The notes beneath the pieces were generated by a model, which made no database searches, was not told where the DNA came from, and worked only from the letters and a program-made list of their open reading frames with translations. From a bacterium (GTDB lineage Bacteria; CLD3; SB21), in the NCBI GenBank assembly GCA_013360215.1, contig JABWCP010000018.1, positions 1 to 62,016 on the forward strand: a stretch of DNA of 62,016 bases. Reading direction: 5' to 3'. Below are positions 48,728 through 58,342 of this stretch, in pieces. A program made the position numbers and the translations under genes. Each line of letters starts with the position of its first letter. Position 1 is the stretch's first letter.

Positions 48728-50281
48728 TTACTCCCATTCAATCGTAGCCGGAGGTTTGGAGCTGATATCGTACGTTACGCGATTGATACCGCGAACCTCA
48801 TTAATAATCCGGTTGGAAATGCGACCCAATAAGTCGTACGGCAGATGCGCCCAATCGGCGGTCATGCCATCCTGACTTGTGACGGCACGTATAGCGACGG
48901 CATTTTGGTAAGTACGTTCATCCCCCATCACACCGACCGACTTGACAGGAAGCAAAACGGTAAAGGCTTGCCAAACATTGGAATACTCGCCTGATTTTTT
49001 CAATTCTTCCATAAAGATCGCATCGGCTTCGCGCAATAAATCACAGCGTTCTTTCGTTACCTCGCCGAGCACACGTACGGCCAGACCGGGACCCGGGAAC
49101 GGGTGACGCATAAGCAGATCATCGGGCAAACCTAACTGGCGACCGACGGCGCGCACTTCATCTTTGAAAAGTTCGCGCAGGGGTTCGATTAATTGCAGTT
49201 TCATTTTTTCCGGTAATCCGCCGACATTGTGATGTGTTTTGATCGTAGCCGAGGGCCCTTTGATGGATACACTTTCGATCACATCCGGATAGAGCGTACC
49301 TTGCGCTAAAAAGTCAATGTGGCCCGTTGTGGCACGCAACTTTTCAACTTCCGTTTCAAACACATCGATAAACGTTGCGCCGATGATTTTTCTTTTTTTC
49401 TCCGGATCGGTCACATCTTTGAGTCGCGTCAAAAAAAGTTCGGACGCATCCGCCACAATCAGATTATTGTTAAAAAACGAACGAAACGCCGCTTCGACTT
49501 GCCCGCGTTCGTTTTTTCGAAGCAGTCCATTATCTACAAAAATAGCCGAAAAACGATCCGGTATGGCCTGATGCAATAGCATCGCTACTACGGACGAATC
49601 CACGCCACCGGAGAGCGCACAAATCACATAACCGTCACCGACCTTTGCACGAATAGCATCCGTCGTTTCTTTGACAAAGGAAGAAGGTGTCCATTGACCC
49701 GTACACGCGCAAATGGTGCGAACGAAATTTTTGAGAAGATTGATACCCAGCGGTGTATGCGCCACTTCCGGGTGAAACTGAACGCCCCAAAAACGACGCG
49801 CTTTATTTCGCATTGCCGTGATCGGCGCATTGTCCGTACCGGCGATGATTTCAAATCCATCGGGAATTTTTTCCAAACGATCTCCGTGGCTCTGCCATAC
49901 CGTCGTTTGTTCAGGAAAGCCGCTGAACAAATCCGTGTGATCGGTAATGCGAATTTCAGCCCGACCGAACTCCCGATGTGCCGCTTTATCTACAGCACCG
50001 CCGAGAAAATAAGCCATAACCTGCATCCCGTAACACACCCCCAATACGGGAATTCCCAAATCGAAGATGGCACGATCCGGATGCGGCGCTCCGTTTTCAT
50101 ACACACTGCTTGGTCCGCCCGAGAGGATAATTCCTTTAGGTTGCAGCGCGCGAATTTTGTCCGGCGTCATATTGTACGGATGTATTTCGCAATACACCTG
50201 CAGTTCGCGAACACGCCGTGCGATCAATTGGGTAAATTGTGATCCGAAATCCAGTATTAAAATAGTTTCACCGTGACTCAC
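48728..50281 (-). CDS. guaA: GMP synthase (glutamine-hydrolysing)
   Basis: [45 protein letters not shown]. Confidence 0.98.
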   Translation of the reverse strand: MSHGETILILDFGSQFTQLIARRVRELQVYCEIHPYNMTPDKIRALQPKGIILSGGPSSVYENGAPHPDRAIFDLGIPVLGVCYGMQVMAYFLGGAVDKAAHREFGRAEIRITDHTDLFSGFPEQTTVWQSHGDRLEKIPDGFEIIAGTDNAPITAMRNKARRFWGVQFHPEVAHTPLGINLLKNFVRTICACTGQWTPSSFVKETTDAIRAKVGDGYVICALSGGVDSSVVAMLLHQAIPDRFSAIFVDNGLLRKNERGQVEAAFRSFFNNNLIVADASELFLTRLKDVTDPEKKRKIIGATFIDVFETEVEKLRATTGHIDFLAQGTLYPDVIESVSIKGPSATIKTHHNVGGLPEKMKLQLIEPLRELFKDEVRAVGRQLGLPDDLLMRHPFPGPGLAVRVLGEVTKERCDLLREADAIFMEELKKSGEYSNVWQAFTVLLPVKSVGVMGDERTYQNAVAIRAVTSQDGMTADWAHLPYDLLGRISNRIINEVRGINRVTYDISSKPPATIEWE

Positions 50282-50309
50282 GTTGCGATTCCTTTATTAC
50301 AATTATAAT

Positions 50310-50732
50310 TTATAATAGTTTTTGATACAGTTCCCATGCCCGTTGAAAATCATGGATCGTAAAGGCCGGTGCCGCACTGCCCAAGGAGGGTTGCCCGTTA
50401 CGTAACGCATTCATATCCGACCATATATAATCACTATGTTCGTCTGAAAGTGATACTTCGCTCGACGGCGAAATGGCTAAATAATCTACCGACACATAGA
50501 TCCCGCGCCCGAAATCACCGTACCAGATGTCCACCGGATGAAGTATTTTTACCGTGAGACCGCACTCTTCAAATACTTCCCGCAACACCCCTTCATTTGG
50601 GTTTTCATCCGGATTGAGTCTTCCGCCCGGCGGTCCCCAAATCACCGGAGGATTGGTTCTTTTCAACAAAAGAAATTTTCCATCGTGAACGATGTATGCC
50701 GTCACCGCCATACGATGCGTACGTTCAGGCAT
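50310..50732 (-). CDS. NUDIX hydrolase
   Basis: PGG......NEGVLREVFEECGL Nudix box; start moved to ATG 50732. Confidence 0.88.
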   Translation of the reverse strand: MPERTHRMAVTAYIVHDGKFLLLKRTNPPVIWGPPGGRLNPDENPNEGVLREVFEECGLTVKILHPVDIWYGDFGRGIYVSVDYLAISPSSEVSLSDEHSDYIWSDMNALRNGQPSLGSAAPAFTIHDFQRAWELYQKLL

Positions 50733-51258
50733 GCGACGATTTCCGTTCCAGATATTTCTGATGACCACGCATAATAGCCGATTTGGCAAACGCCTCCGGT
50801 TCCCAACCAAAACTGCGTACGTCTTTACCTTCGAGATGTTTATACGTGGTAAAAAAATGTTCAATTTCGACAAGCAAATGATGCGGCAGTTGCTCCACCC
50901 GGTGAATATCGCGAAACTGTTCGTCACGTATCGCCACACCCAGAATTTTATCATCCGGACCTTTATCGTCCCGCATGCGTAAAACACCGACCGGACGCGC
51001 TTCGACCAATACTCCGACATGAAGCGGTTGCGATGCCACGATCAAAATATCAAGCGGATCACCGTCATCATAAAATGTACTCGGAATAAAACCATAGGCC
51101 GTAGGATAATGCACGGCCGAATACAACGTGCGGTCGAGTTTAAATATTTCAAGTTCTACGTCGTATTCGTATTTATTACGACTGCCGCTCGGAATCTCGA
51201 CGATCGCGTGCACTTCGTCGGGTGATTTTTTTCCGATCGGGAGATCTTTAAGACTCAT
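50725..51258 (-). CDS. ppa: Inorganic pyrophosphatase (family I)
   Basis: EIPSGSRNKYE, YGFIP, DGDPLD, DDKI, HFFTTYK. Confidence 0.96.
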   Translation of the reverse strand: MSLKDLPIGKKSPDEVHAIVEIPSGSRNKYEYDVELEIFKLDRTLYSAVHYPTAYGFIPSTFYDDGDPLDILIVASQPLHVGVLVEARPVGVLRMRDDKGPDDKILGVAIRDEQFRDIHRVEQLPHHLLVEIEHFFTTYKHLEGKDVRSFGWEPEAFAKSAIMRGHQKYLERKSSHA

Positions 51259-51703
51259 GCGATGATTCTTTTTTTAATGTTTTTAATCGCGCAAGATGGA
51301 CGGTAACGGCGGATGCAATACCAATCAATATCCACGGCACAAACCACGGCATGGTCGTCGTCCAAATACTGATACCGATAGAAATCCACAATACGGAGAT
51401 CGAACCGATTTTGACAGACAATGGTGTGCCGCGATTTTCTTTATAATTGCGAAGATATGTCCCGAAGAATTTATTGGTATACAGCCAGCAATGAAATCGC
51501 TCAGAGCTTCGCGCATAACACCATCCGGCGAGAATGAGAAAAATCGTCGTCGGCATCAGCGGTAAAATAGCACCGATCACACCCAAGGCTACGAAAATGT
51601 GGCCTGCTATGACAAGCAAAATACGCATCGGACGACTGAGCGGTTTTGTCGCGATCTGTTTGACAGTTATTGATGATTCGTCAGAAGCGTGCGGATTCAT
51701 CAT
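51248..51703 (-). CDS. YbaN/DUF454 membrane protein
   Basis: LGVIGAILPLMPTTIFLILA..CYARSS.RF..WL. Confidence 0.9.
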   Translation of the reverse strand: MMNPHASDESSITVKQIATKPLSRPMRILLVIAGHIFVALGVIGAILPLMPTTIFLILAGWCYARSSERFHCWLYTNKFFGTYLRNYKENRGTPLSVKIGSISVLWISIGISIWTTTMPWFVPWILIGIASAVTVHLARLKTLKKESSHES

Positions 51704-53061
51704 AATCCCTTCATCATTTTATTGGCGGCAACAAGAATCGGATCCCATACCGGTGCAAACGGAGGCGTGTACATCATTTGCATATCCGCGATTTGACGCA
51801 GCGTCATTTTTTGTTGGATCGCTAGCGCCAATACATTGGCGCGCAGAGCGGCGCCTTCTTCGGCGATGAGATTGGCCCCGATCAGACGTTTGGAATGTTT
51901 ATCGGCGAGAAGTGTGATCATAACCGGTTTAGCGCCGGGATACGCTCCAACGCGGGAGCGCGCCATGATTGTTTCTTCGATAACGGATAGACCGTGCGCG
52001 GATGCCGAAGCCGCATCGAGACCTACCGAAGCTACTTCGAGGTCGAAAATTTTGACCGCTGTATTACGCACTACCGGAGGAAACTCGGCAAACCCGCCCG
52101 CTGCATTTTCTCCGGCGATCCAACCCATTTTGTTGGCGATATTAGCCAATGGCAGATACATCGGTTTATTAATAAGTGCATTTTTAAATTCAGTACAAGC
52201 CCCGGCCGCCCATATACGATCTGCATTTGTTTTGAGGTGATGATCTACGATGATACCGCCGGAAGCACCGCACCGTATCTTGGCTTCCCGCGCAAGATCC
52301 GTGTTAGGTTCAAAACCTGTCGCTATTATGACCACATCGGCATCAAAACGGGCGTTACCGGAAATCACCGCACGCACTGTTTGGCCGTCCGCCACCACTT
52401 CTGGTGAAGTAATATTACCTTCAAATTTTACACCCTGACGCTTTAATTCATCCGCCACCACGCGCCGACCGGACAATTCCAGTGAGTCCATTGGCCATTC
52501 CGATTTATGCAGGACGGTGACGTGCATGGCATGACGGCGTAACGCCTCAGCCATCTCCATACCGATAAAGCCACCGCCGATAATGACGGCTGTCGAAGGA
52601 CGTCGTGATGCGAGGTAATTTTTGATACGCATGCTATCAGACAGTGAACGTACGGCAAACACATTATCATATCGAAACCAAGCCGGATCGGGTACACGGG
52701 CTCGCGCGCCCGTCGCAATAATCAATGCATCGTAAGTGTATTCCGCGATCTGATCGGTTTGCAGATTGCGCATGACGACACGACGGCGATGCGGCCATAT
52801 CGCTTCCGCACGATGAAAAATTCGTACGGCACACCCTTTTTCTTTTTCAAACGAGGCCGGTGTAAAATGAATTAGTTTTTCCGCTTCCGGTATCACATCA
52901 CCGATAAAATACGGCATCGCACATGAGCCATAGGAAATATGTTCGCCTTGCTCAAACAAAACGACTTCGGCGCGGGGATTGATCCGTTTGGCTTTGGCCG
53001 CTGCCGCCGGTCCCGCCGCTACGCCGCCGATGATAATGATTTTAGGCGATGAGGATTTCAT
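51700..53061 (-). CDS. CoA-disulfide reductase / NADH oxidase-family flavoprotein
   Basis: GGVAAG, SYGSCAMPY, ATGA, GGGFIGMEMAE, YTPPFAPVWDP. Confidence 0.88.
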   Translation of the reverse strand: MKSSSPKIIIIGGVAAGPAAAAKAKRINPRAEVVLFEQGEHISYGSCAMPYFIGDVIPEAEKLIHFTPASFEKEKGCAVRIFHRAEAIWPHRRRVVMRNLQTDQIAEYTYDALIIATGARARVPDPAWFRYDNVFAVRSLSDSMRIKNYLASRRPSTAVIIGGGFIGMEMAEALRRHAMHVTVLHKSEWPMDSLELSGRRVVADELKRQGVKFEGNITSPEVVADGQTVRAVISGNARFDADVVIIATGFEPNTDLAREAKIRCGASGGIIVDHHLKTNADRIWAAGACTEFKNALINKPMYLPLANIANKMGWIAGENAAGGFAEFPPVVRNTAVKIFDLEVASVGLDAASASAHGLSVIEETIMARSRVGAYPGAKPVMITLLADKHSKRLIGANLIAEEGAALRANVLALAIQQKMTLRQIADMQMMYTPPFAPVWDPILVAANKMMKGL

Positions 53062-54326
53062 GTTTTTTGCGGTTTCTTTTTGGCCGCAGGAAAAAGAATG
53101 TTATTAAGAATCAGCCTATAACCGGGCGAATTTTTGTGCAGTGCAAGATCCGTAGGCGGATCCCCTACGGCGTGGGTATAGTCTTCCGGGTCATGACCAC
53201 CGTAAAACGTAAATGTTCCTTTGCCAAAATTACCATGCAAATATTTGACCGAGCCGATGGAAGCGTCTTCGCCCATCACTACGATATTCTCTTTGAGTAA
53301 TTCACGACGGTAACCCGTCGTTTGACCCATAAATCCTTTGACAACGTTGACATGATTTTGCGTTAACATAGTCGGTACAGGGTCGTATTTGGCTGAAAAA
53401 TCAAACAACGTAAAATAATCCTCTTCCGGTGTTTTAAGCCGCAAGCCGTTACTGCTGGGGTGATCAATACTGGAAAACTCATACTGGTACGGATCCAGTT
53501 CGACACGAAAATTTTGAAATGCCAGACAATGACCGTAGTCTAATTTCTCATTAGCACGCATATCCACCGGATCACCATCGTAAACCACATCGCAGATATC
53601 GGTTTTTTGCGCGGCCAAAGCCACATCAAAACTATCCGTCGCCCCGCACATGGCAAACATAAAACCGCCTTTAGCGATAAATTCTTTCATGGCCTGCACG
53701 ACACCAAGTTTTTCCTTGGAGACTTTACTATATCCCATCTGCTGTGCAAATGTTTCATAATCACGTTGTTGCTGTTGGTACCAGGCCGCACGCCCGTACG
53801 CTGAGTAAAATTTGCCGTATTGTCCTGTAAAATCTTCGTGATGAAGGTGCAACCAATCGTATTCGGCAAGTTTTCCTTGCAAAACATCAAGATCAAAAAT
53901 CTTATCGTATTTTATTTCAGCGTATTCCAGCGCCATAGTGACCGCGTCGTCCCAAGGTTTTTTATCCGGGGGCGTGTAAACGGCAATATGGGGCGCCTTT
54001 TCGAGATAGACGATTTCCATGTTTTCATTTTCGATCGTCGCATACACCTCGGCAACCTGTGCCGCTGATAAATTCTCCGTTTTGACGCCGCGCGCTAAAC
54101 AGTAGTTGACCATCGTTTCCGTGTAGGCGATCATAAAAGATCCGCCGCGATAGTTGAGAAGCCATTCGACGGGTACTTTATTTTCCAACGCCGTATATGC
54201 GACGCCATAAGCTTTGAGATGATCGGATTGGCGCAGATCCATGGGAATGAGTAATTTTTGAGCGGTAAGCTCAGGCGTAAGAATACATATAAAACATGCC
54301 GCAGCAATAATGAGCTTTTGCATCAT
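53058..54326 (-). CDS. Conserved exported protein (family often labelled asparagine synthetase B; function doubtful)
   Basis: Signal peptide; HLKAYG, WLLNYRGGSF, WLHLHHEDFTGQYGKF, GGHDPEDY, GYRLILNN. Confidence 0.7.
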   Translation of the reverse strand: MMQKLIIAAACFICILTPELTAQKLLIPMDLRQSDHLKAYGVAYTALENKVPVEWLLNYRGGSFMIAYTETMVNYCLARGVKTENLSAAQVAEVYATIENENMEIVYLEKAPHIAVYTPPDKKPWDDAVTMALEYAEIKYDKIFDLDVLQGKLAEYDWLHLHHEDFTGQYGKFYSAYGRAAWYQQQQRDYETFAQQMGYSKVSKEKLGVVQAMKEFIAKGGFMFAMCGATDSFDVALAAQKTDICDVVYDGDPVDMRANEKLDYGHCLAFQNFRVELDPYQYEFSSIDHPSSNGLRLKTPEEDYFTLFDFSAKYDPVPTMLTQNHVNVVKGFMGQTTGYRRELLKENIVVMGEDASIGSVKYLHGNFGKGTFTFYGGHDPEDYTHAVGDPPTDLALHKNSPGYRLILNNILFPAAKKKPQKT

Positions 54327-54802
54327 ACGGCGGGTTTTCCCAAAAGCACCAAGACTTCATCCGTTGTCGCGGCTTGCAAAAGGCGCTCACGATTTTTTTC
54401 GATGCGTAAAAAACGAGCAATACCGGAAAGGGCTTTGATGTGCGGTCCTGTAACGGTTACCGGAGAAACGAGTAGAAAAAATATTCTTGCCGGGGCACCG
54501 TCAGCCGAATCAAAATGAATCCCGTCGCGTTTTATTCCAAAAGCGCCGACGAGTTTATCAACCCCGCTTGTTTTTCCATGCGGAATAGCGATACCGTGTC
54601 CAAGTCCGGTACTGAGCTTGCGTTCGCGGTCGATTACAGCTTGCCGAACCGCCGACTTATCCCGCACCAGACCGGCCTCCGATATCAATTCGATTAATTC
54701 GTCAATCACACTTTGTTTGGTTTTGCCCTGCAAATCAAGACGAATCGTGGCGGGTAAAATCAAATCCGCCAATGAAATCGGCGATGTATTCACTTCTGTC
54801 AT
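54323..54802 (-). CDS. PTS EIIA (Fru/Ntr-type) domain protein
   Basis: RERKLSTGLGHGIAIPH, FDSADG; start moved to ATG 54802 after GGAG. Confidence 0.9.
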   Translation of the reverse strand: MTEVNTSPISLADLILPATIRLDLQGKTKQSVIDELIELISEAGLVRDKSAVRQAVIDRERKLSTGLGHGIAIPHGKTSGVDKLVGAFGIKRDGIHFDSADGAPARIFFLLVSPVTVTGPHIKALSGIARFLRIEKNRERLLQAATTDEVLVLLGKPAV

Positions 54803-54896
54803 CAAATCTCCTTTATGCGCGCGAAAGATACTCACAGCGCCGTTGATTTTCAAAGGATATTTGGCTTTATTTCTTTCAAATTTAACCTCCATCCAT

Positions 54897-55892
54897 ATGC
54901 CTTCACTACTTTCGGTTCGCCACTTATCGGCTCATTTTCATGTCGAAGACCAACTCTATAAAGCCGTAGATGATGTCAGTTTTGACATCGCACCGGAAGA
55001 AACATTATGTTTGGTCGGGGAATCCGGCAGCGGTAAGAGTATTACGGCATTATCGGTTTTGGATCTACTGCCCTACCCGGGAACCATCGCCGGCGGAGCA
55101 ATATATTGGCAAGGCAAAAAACTCTATGACTCCGGCATAGATCACCGGAAAAGCTTGCGCGGTCGGGAAGTAGCCATGATCTTTCAGGAGCCTTTGACGG
55201 CGCTCAATCCCGTTTTGACATGCGGCGAACAAATCACCGAAGTTCTCCGCCTTCAACCAAAAACCGACAGCCGTACGATACGTCATCAATGTTTAGATTT
55301 ATTGGAGCGCGTGGGATTAAACGAATCTGAAAAAGTGTATTCGGGATATCCGCATACGTTATCCGGCGGTATGCGTCAGCGGGTCATGATAGCTATAACC
55401 CTGGCATGCAAACCAAAACTTCTGATCGCCGATGAACCGACAACCGCGCTGGATGTTACGGTGCAGGCGCAAATTTTGGATGTACTGCGCGATCAGCAAA
55501 AACGCGACGGTATGGCACTGCTTCTTATTACGCATAATTTCGGAATTGTGGCCGGTATGGCCGATCGTGTGGCCGTGATGTATGCATCGAAACTTGTCGA
55601 AAGCGGGCCGGTAAGATCTATTTTTAAAAAACCCGCCCATCCTTATACTTCGGGTTTACTTCGCGCCATCCCCAGCCTGGTTTCCGATGAAAAGAAACTG
55701 TATGGCATTCCCGGGCAAGTCCCGCGGGCCAATCAATATCCTGCCGGCTGCCATTTTCACCCGCGCTGCATGCATGCCGACCACACGTGCCGCAACACAA
55801 AACCGGAACTCATCCATGTGGACGATACGCATCAAGCCGCATGTTTTCATCCCTATGCCGAAACATCAAGCACGGCAACTGATAAAATTTAG
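54897..55892 (+). CDS. Oligopeptide/dipeptide ABC transporter ATP-binding protein (OppD/DppD-like)
   Basis: GESGSGKS, IFQEP, LSGGMRQR, DEPTTALD, HPYT, GCHFHPRC. Confidence 0.93.
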   Translation: MPSLLSVRHLSAHFHVEDQLYKAVDDVSFDIAPEETLCLVGESGSGKSITALSVLDLLPYPGTIAGGAIYWQGKKLYDSGIDHRKSLRGREVAMIFQEPLTALNPVLTCGEQITEVLRLQPKTDSRTIRHQCLDLLERVGLNESEKVYSGYPHTLSGGMRQRVMIAITLACKPKLLIADEPTTALDVTVQAQILDVLRDQQKRDGMALLLITHNFGIVAGMADRVAVMYASKLVESGPVRSIFKKPAHPYTSGLLRAIPSLVSDEKKLYGIPGQVPRANQYPAGCHFHPRCMHADHTCRNTKPELIHVDDTHQAACFHPYAETSSTATDKI

Positions 55893-55897
55893 CCAAT

Positions 55898-55930
55898 AAA
55901 AAAGCCTTTGTTTTTCACAAAGGCTTTTTT
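55898..55930. terminator. Bidirectional intrinsic terminator
   Basis: AAAAAAGCCTTTGT...ACAAAGGCTTTTTT between convergent genes. Confidence 0.85.
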
Positions 55931-55950
55931 AAAAAAACTATTTCGTCAGA

Positions 55951-56706
55951 TTACAATTTATCGGCCGCTTGTTTAGCCACATTGCGAACATCGCCATCCG
56001 CGTCAGACTGCGCTAACTGCATGAGTTTATCCTTAGCGGGTTTGTGTTTGATATTACCGAGAGCATCGGCGGCATAACGTCGCACAAACGAAACGCTATC
56101 GTCCAGCGCTTCCATCAGCACATCTTCGCAACCCGGCGCACTAATATCATCCAAAGCACGAATGATTGCATGCTTAAGATCGGGATCGCTGATTTTCTTG
56201 TATAACTTGACCAACGGTACCACGGCCTGCGCATCGTGCAAATCACCCAAAACACGAACCGCCGCAACTTGCTGACGGGGACGTTTTGTTTCCACAATGT
56301 GGATCAATGGTAACACGGCACGACGATCGTGAAGTTTGGCCAAAGCGTGTGCAGCACTCGACACCACACTGTGATCCGAATCTTTCAGCAGAAAAAATAG
56401 CGCATCCGCTGCACGTTTATCACCCAATTTTCCAAGCGCGTAGGCCGCTGCACTGCGCACCATGTACTCACCCGACTTCAGGCATTCCATCAAAGCATCA
56501 AACGCTTCGACTTTACCAAGGCGACCCAAAGACTCTGCTGCCGCCGCACGCACACCGACTTCTTCGTGCTGAGATTTCAGAACACCCATCAGCGCCGAAA
56601 CAACTTTAGCGTCGTCGTAACCGCCCAATTCAAACGCGGCCTCTTCTTTGACTTCGACCTTGTTGCTTTGTAAATCTTTTAAAAGCTCGTCAATCGACTT
56701 GCTCAT
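55951..56706 (-). CDS. HEAT-repeat (PBS lyase-like) protein
   Basis: Repeated VR.AAA.ALG.LG units. Confidence 0.9.
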   Translation of the reverse strand: MSKSIDELLKDLQSNKVEVKEEAAFELGGYDDAKVVSALMGVLKSQHEEVGVRAAAAESLGRLGKVEAFDALMECLKSGEYMVRSAAAYALGKLGDKRAADALFFLLKDSDHSVVSSAAHALAKLHDRRAVLPLIHIVETKRPRQQVAAVRVLGDLHDAQAVVPLVKLYKKISDPDLKHAIIRALDDISAPGCEDVLMEALDDSVSFVRRYAADALGNIKHKPAKDKLMQLAQSDADGDVRNVAKQAADKL

Positions 56707-56810
56707 ACCATCACTCCTCTAAAAACAAAACAGTTTATAAAAAAATTAGAATTACGTGCAAATTGCGCCCAACATACGTAAACGCTTTAAAATTTCCAAT
56801 TCTTTTTTGG

Positions 56811-57410
56811 TCAGTGCACGATCTTGGCTATGACATAGCCCGTGACGATCCCGCACAAAAAAATAATGACCAACAACCGGTAATTGAGTACGGCTTTACC
56901 GTGGCCGGCGCGGATAGCGACCACGGAGACAAAATAACCGAGTCCATTGATGATCCATAAGAGCGATGAACTGAGAATCGCCACAAGAACCGGTCCGATA
57001 AACGGGATCAAACCGATCCCACCCAAGATCACCGCAGCAAGCCATGAAAACGCGCTTGAAATCAATCCAAAAAAAACGACGGCGCCGCCGACCATTTCAC
57101 GATCCCAACCGAAATACGAGCCGATCGCCACCAATGCCATGATGATGATCCAGACCACCACCATTTTTTTCGTATCTTTGAAAAAATCGGCGGTTCGTGA
57201 AACAAATATCCTGCGGCGAACATGAAACCGACGCCAAAAACCTTGTTCGCGAATGGACTCCGGAACCACTTTTTGCTCAAACGCCGACTCCGGAGCCTGC
57301 GTCTCTTCGATCTGAAAGTGGATATAATCCGAAATCTCACGCTCGTATTTTCGCGTGGTCTCAGGGGTTTCCGACGGGTTATTGCGCGATGTCTCTTTGG
57401 AATCTTCCAT
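56811..57410 (-). CDS. Hypothetical membrane protein
   Basis: Several TM helices in the C-terminal half; co-oriented between neighbouring genes. Confidence 0.65.
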   Translation of the reverse strand: MEDSKETSRNNPSETPETTRKYEREISDYIHFQIEETQAPESAFEQKVVPESIREQGFWRRFHVRRRIFVSRTADFFKDTKKMVVVWIIIMALVAIGSYFGWDREMVGGAVVFFGLISSAFSWLAAVILGGIGLIPFIGPVLVAILSSSLLWIINGLGYFVSVVAIRAGHGKAVLNYRLLVIIFLCGIVTGYVIAKIVH

Positions 57411-57428
57411 ACTCGGTAGTTCTCGCTA

Positions 57429-58232
57429 TCAACCGCCGAAACGGAATTCCGGATAGAGGCACATACCGCCGTCCACATACAATGTCGTACCGGTAATATA
57501 GTCCGCTTCATCAGAGCAAAGGAACGCAACGGCCGCGGCGACATCATCCACTTCACCCATACGTCCGTACGGCATCTTGGTCATAAGATCAGCCATGCCT
57601 TTGGGATCGCTCCATACATTTTGATTGATCGGTGTTTTGATCGCACCGGGCGCCACTTGATTGATTCGAATTTTTTTCTCGGCGTATTCCTGCGCAACGG
57701 ATTGCGCGAATAGATTGATACCGGCTTTCGTCGCGCAATAACTGGAAAATCCGGCCCACATGATCACTTGGTGAACGGAGCTGATATTGACAATTTTGCC
57801 GCGTGAACGGGAATTGGGGCGGTTTTCGTTTTTCAGAAATTGACGAATCGCGCTGCGGGAGCAGAGAAAATTACCCGTCAAATTGACACCGATCACTTTA
57901 TCCCATTCCGCTTTGGTTACGTTTTCCAAAAAATTATGAATTTCTATACCCGCATTATTCACAAGAATATCAATGGTGCCGTATTCTTTGAACATCGCTT
58001 CGTACATCGCATTGACCTGATCTTCGTTGGATACATCCGCGCGAAACGCGATAGCTTTGCCGGCGCCGGCTTTGTTGATTTTATCAACCAGCGCTTTGGT
58101 CGCATCTTCGTTGGCAAACCAATTGATCATAACATCCGCACCTTCGGCGGCAAGACGTTGTACGATGCCCGCACCGATGCCGCTATTGGCGCCGGTGACG
58201 AGGGCTTTTTGGCCGGCAAGACGTTTTTCCAT
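57429..58232 (-). CDS. SDR oxidoreductase, glucose 1-dehydrogenase-like
   Basis: TGANSGIG, NNAG, SSVH, YCATK, PGAIKTPIN. Confidence 0.9.
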   Translation of the reverse strand: MEKRLAGQKALVTGANSGIGAGIVQRLAAEGADVMINWFANEDATKALVDKINKAGAGKAIAFRADVSNEDQVNAMYEAMFKEYGTIDILVNNAGIEIHNFLENVTKAEWDKVIGVNLTGNFLCSRSAIRQFLKNENRPNSRSRGKIVNISSVHQVIMWAGFSSYCATKAGINLFAQSVAQEYAEKKIRINQVAPGAIKTPINQNVWSDPKGMADLMTKMPYGRMGEVDDVAAAVAFLCSDEADYITGTTLYVDGGMCLYPEFRFGG

Positions 58233-58342
58233 GACGATACTCCCGTTTGGTTAGACGATTTTGGATATGAAGAAAAATTACAGGTGTTCAGAAAGTGCGA
58301 AAAAGTTAGCTCTATTTGCGATATGAAACAAACCCTTTTTCG

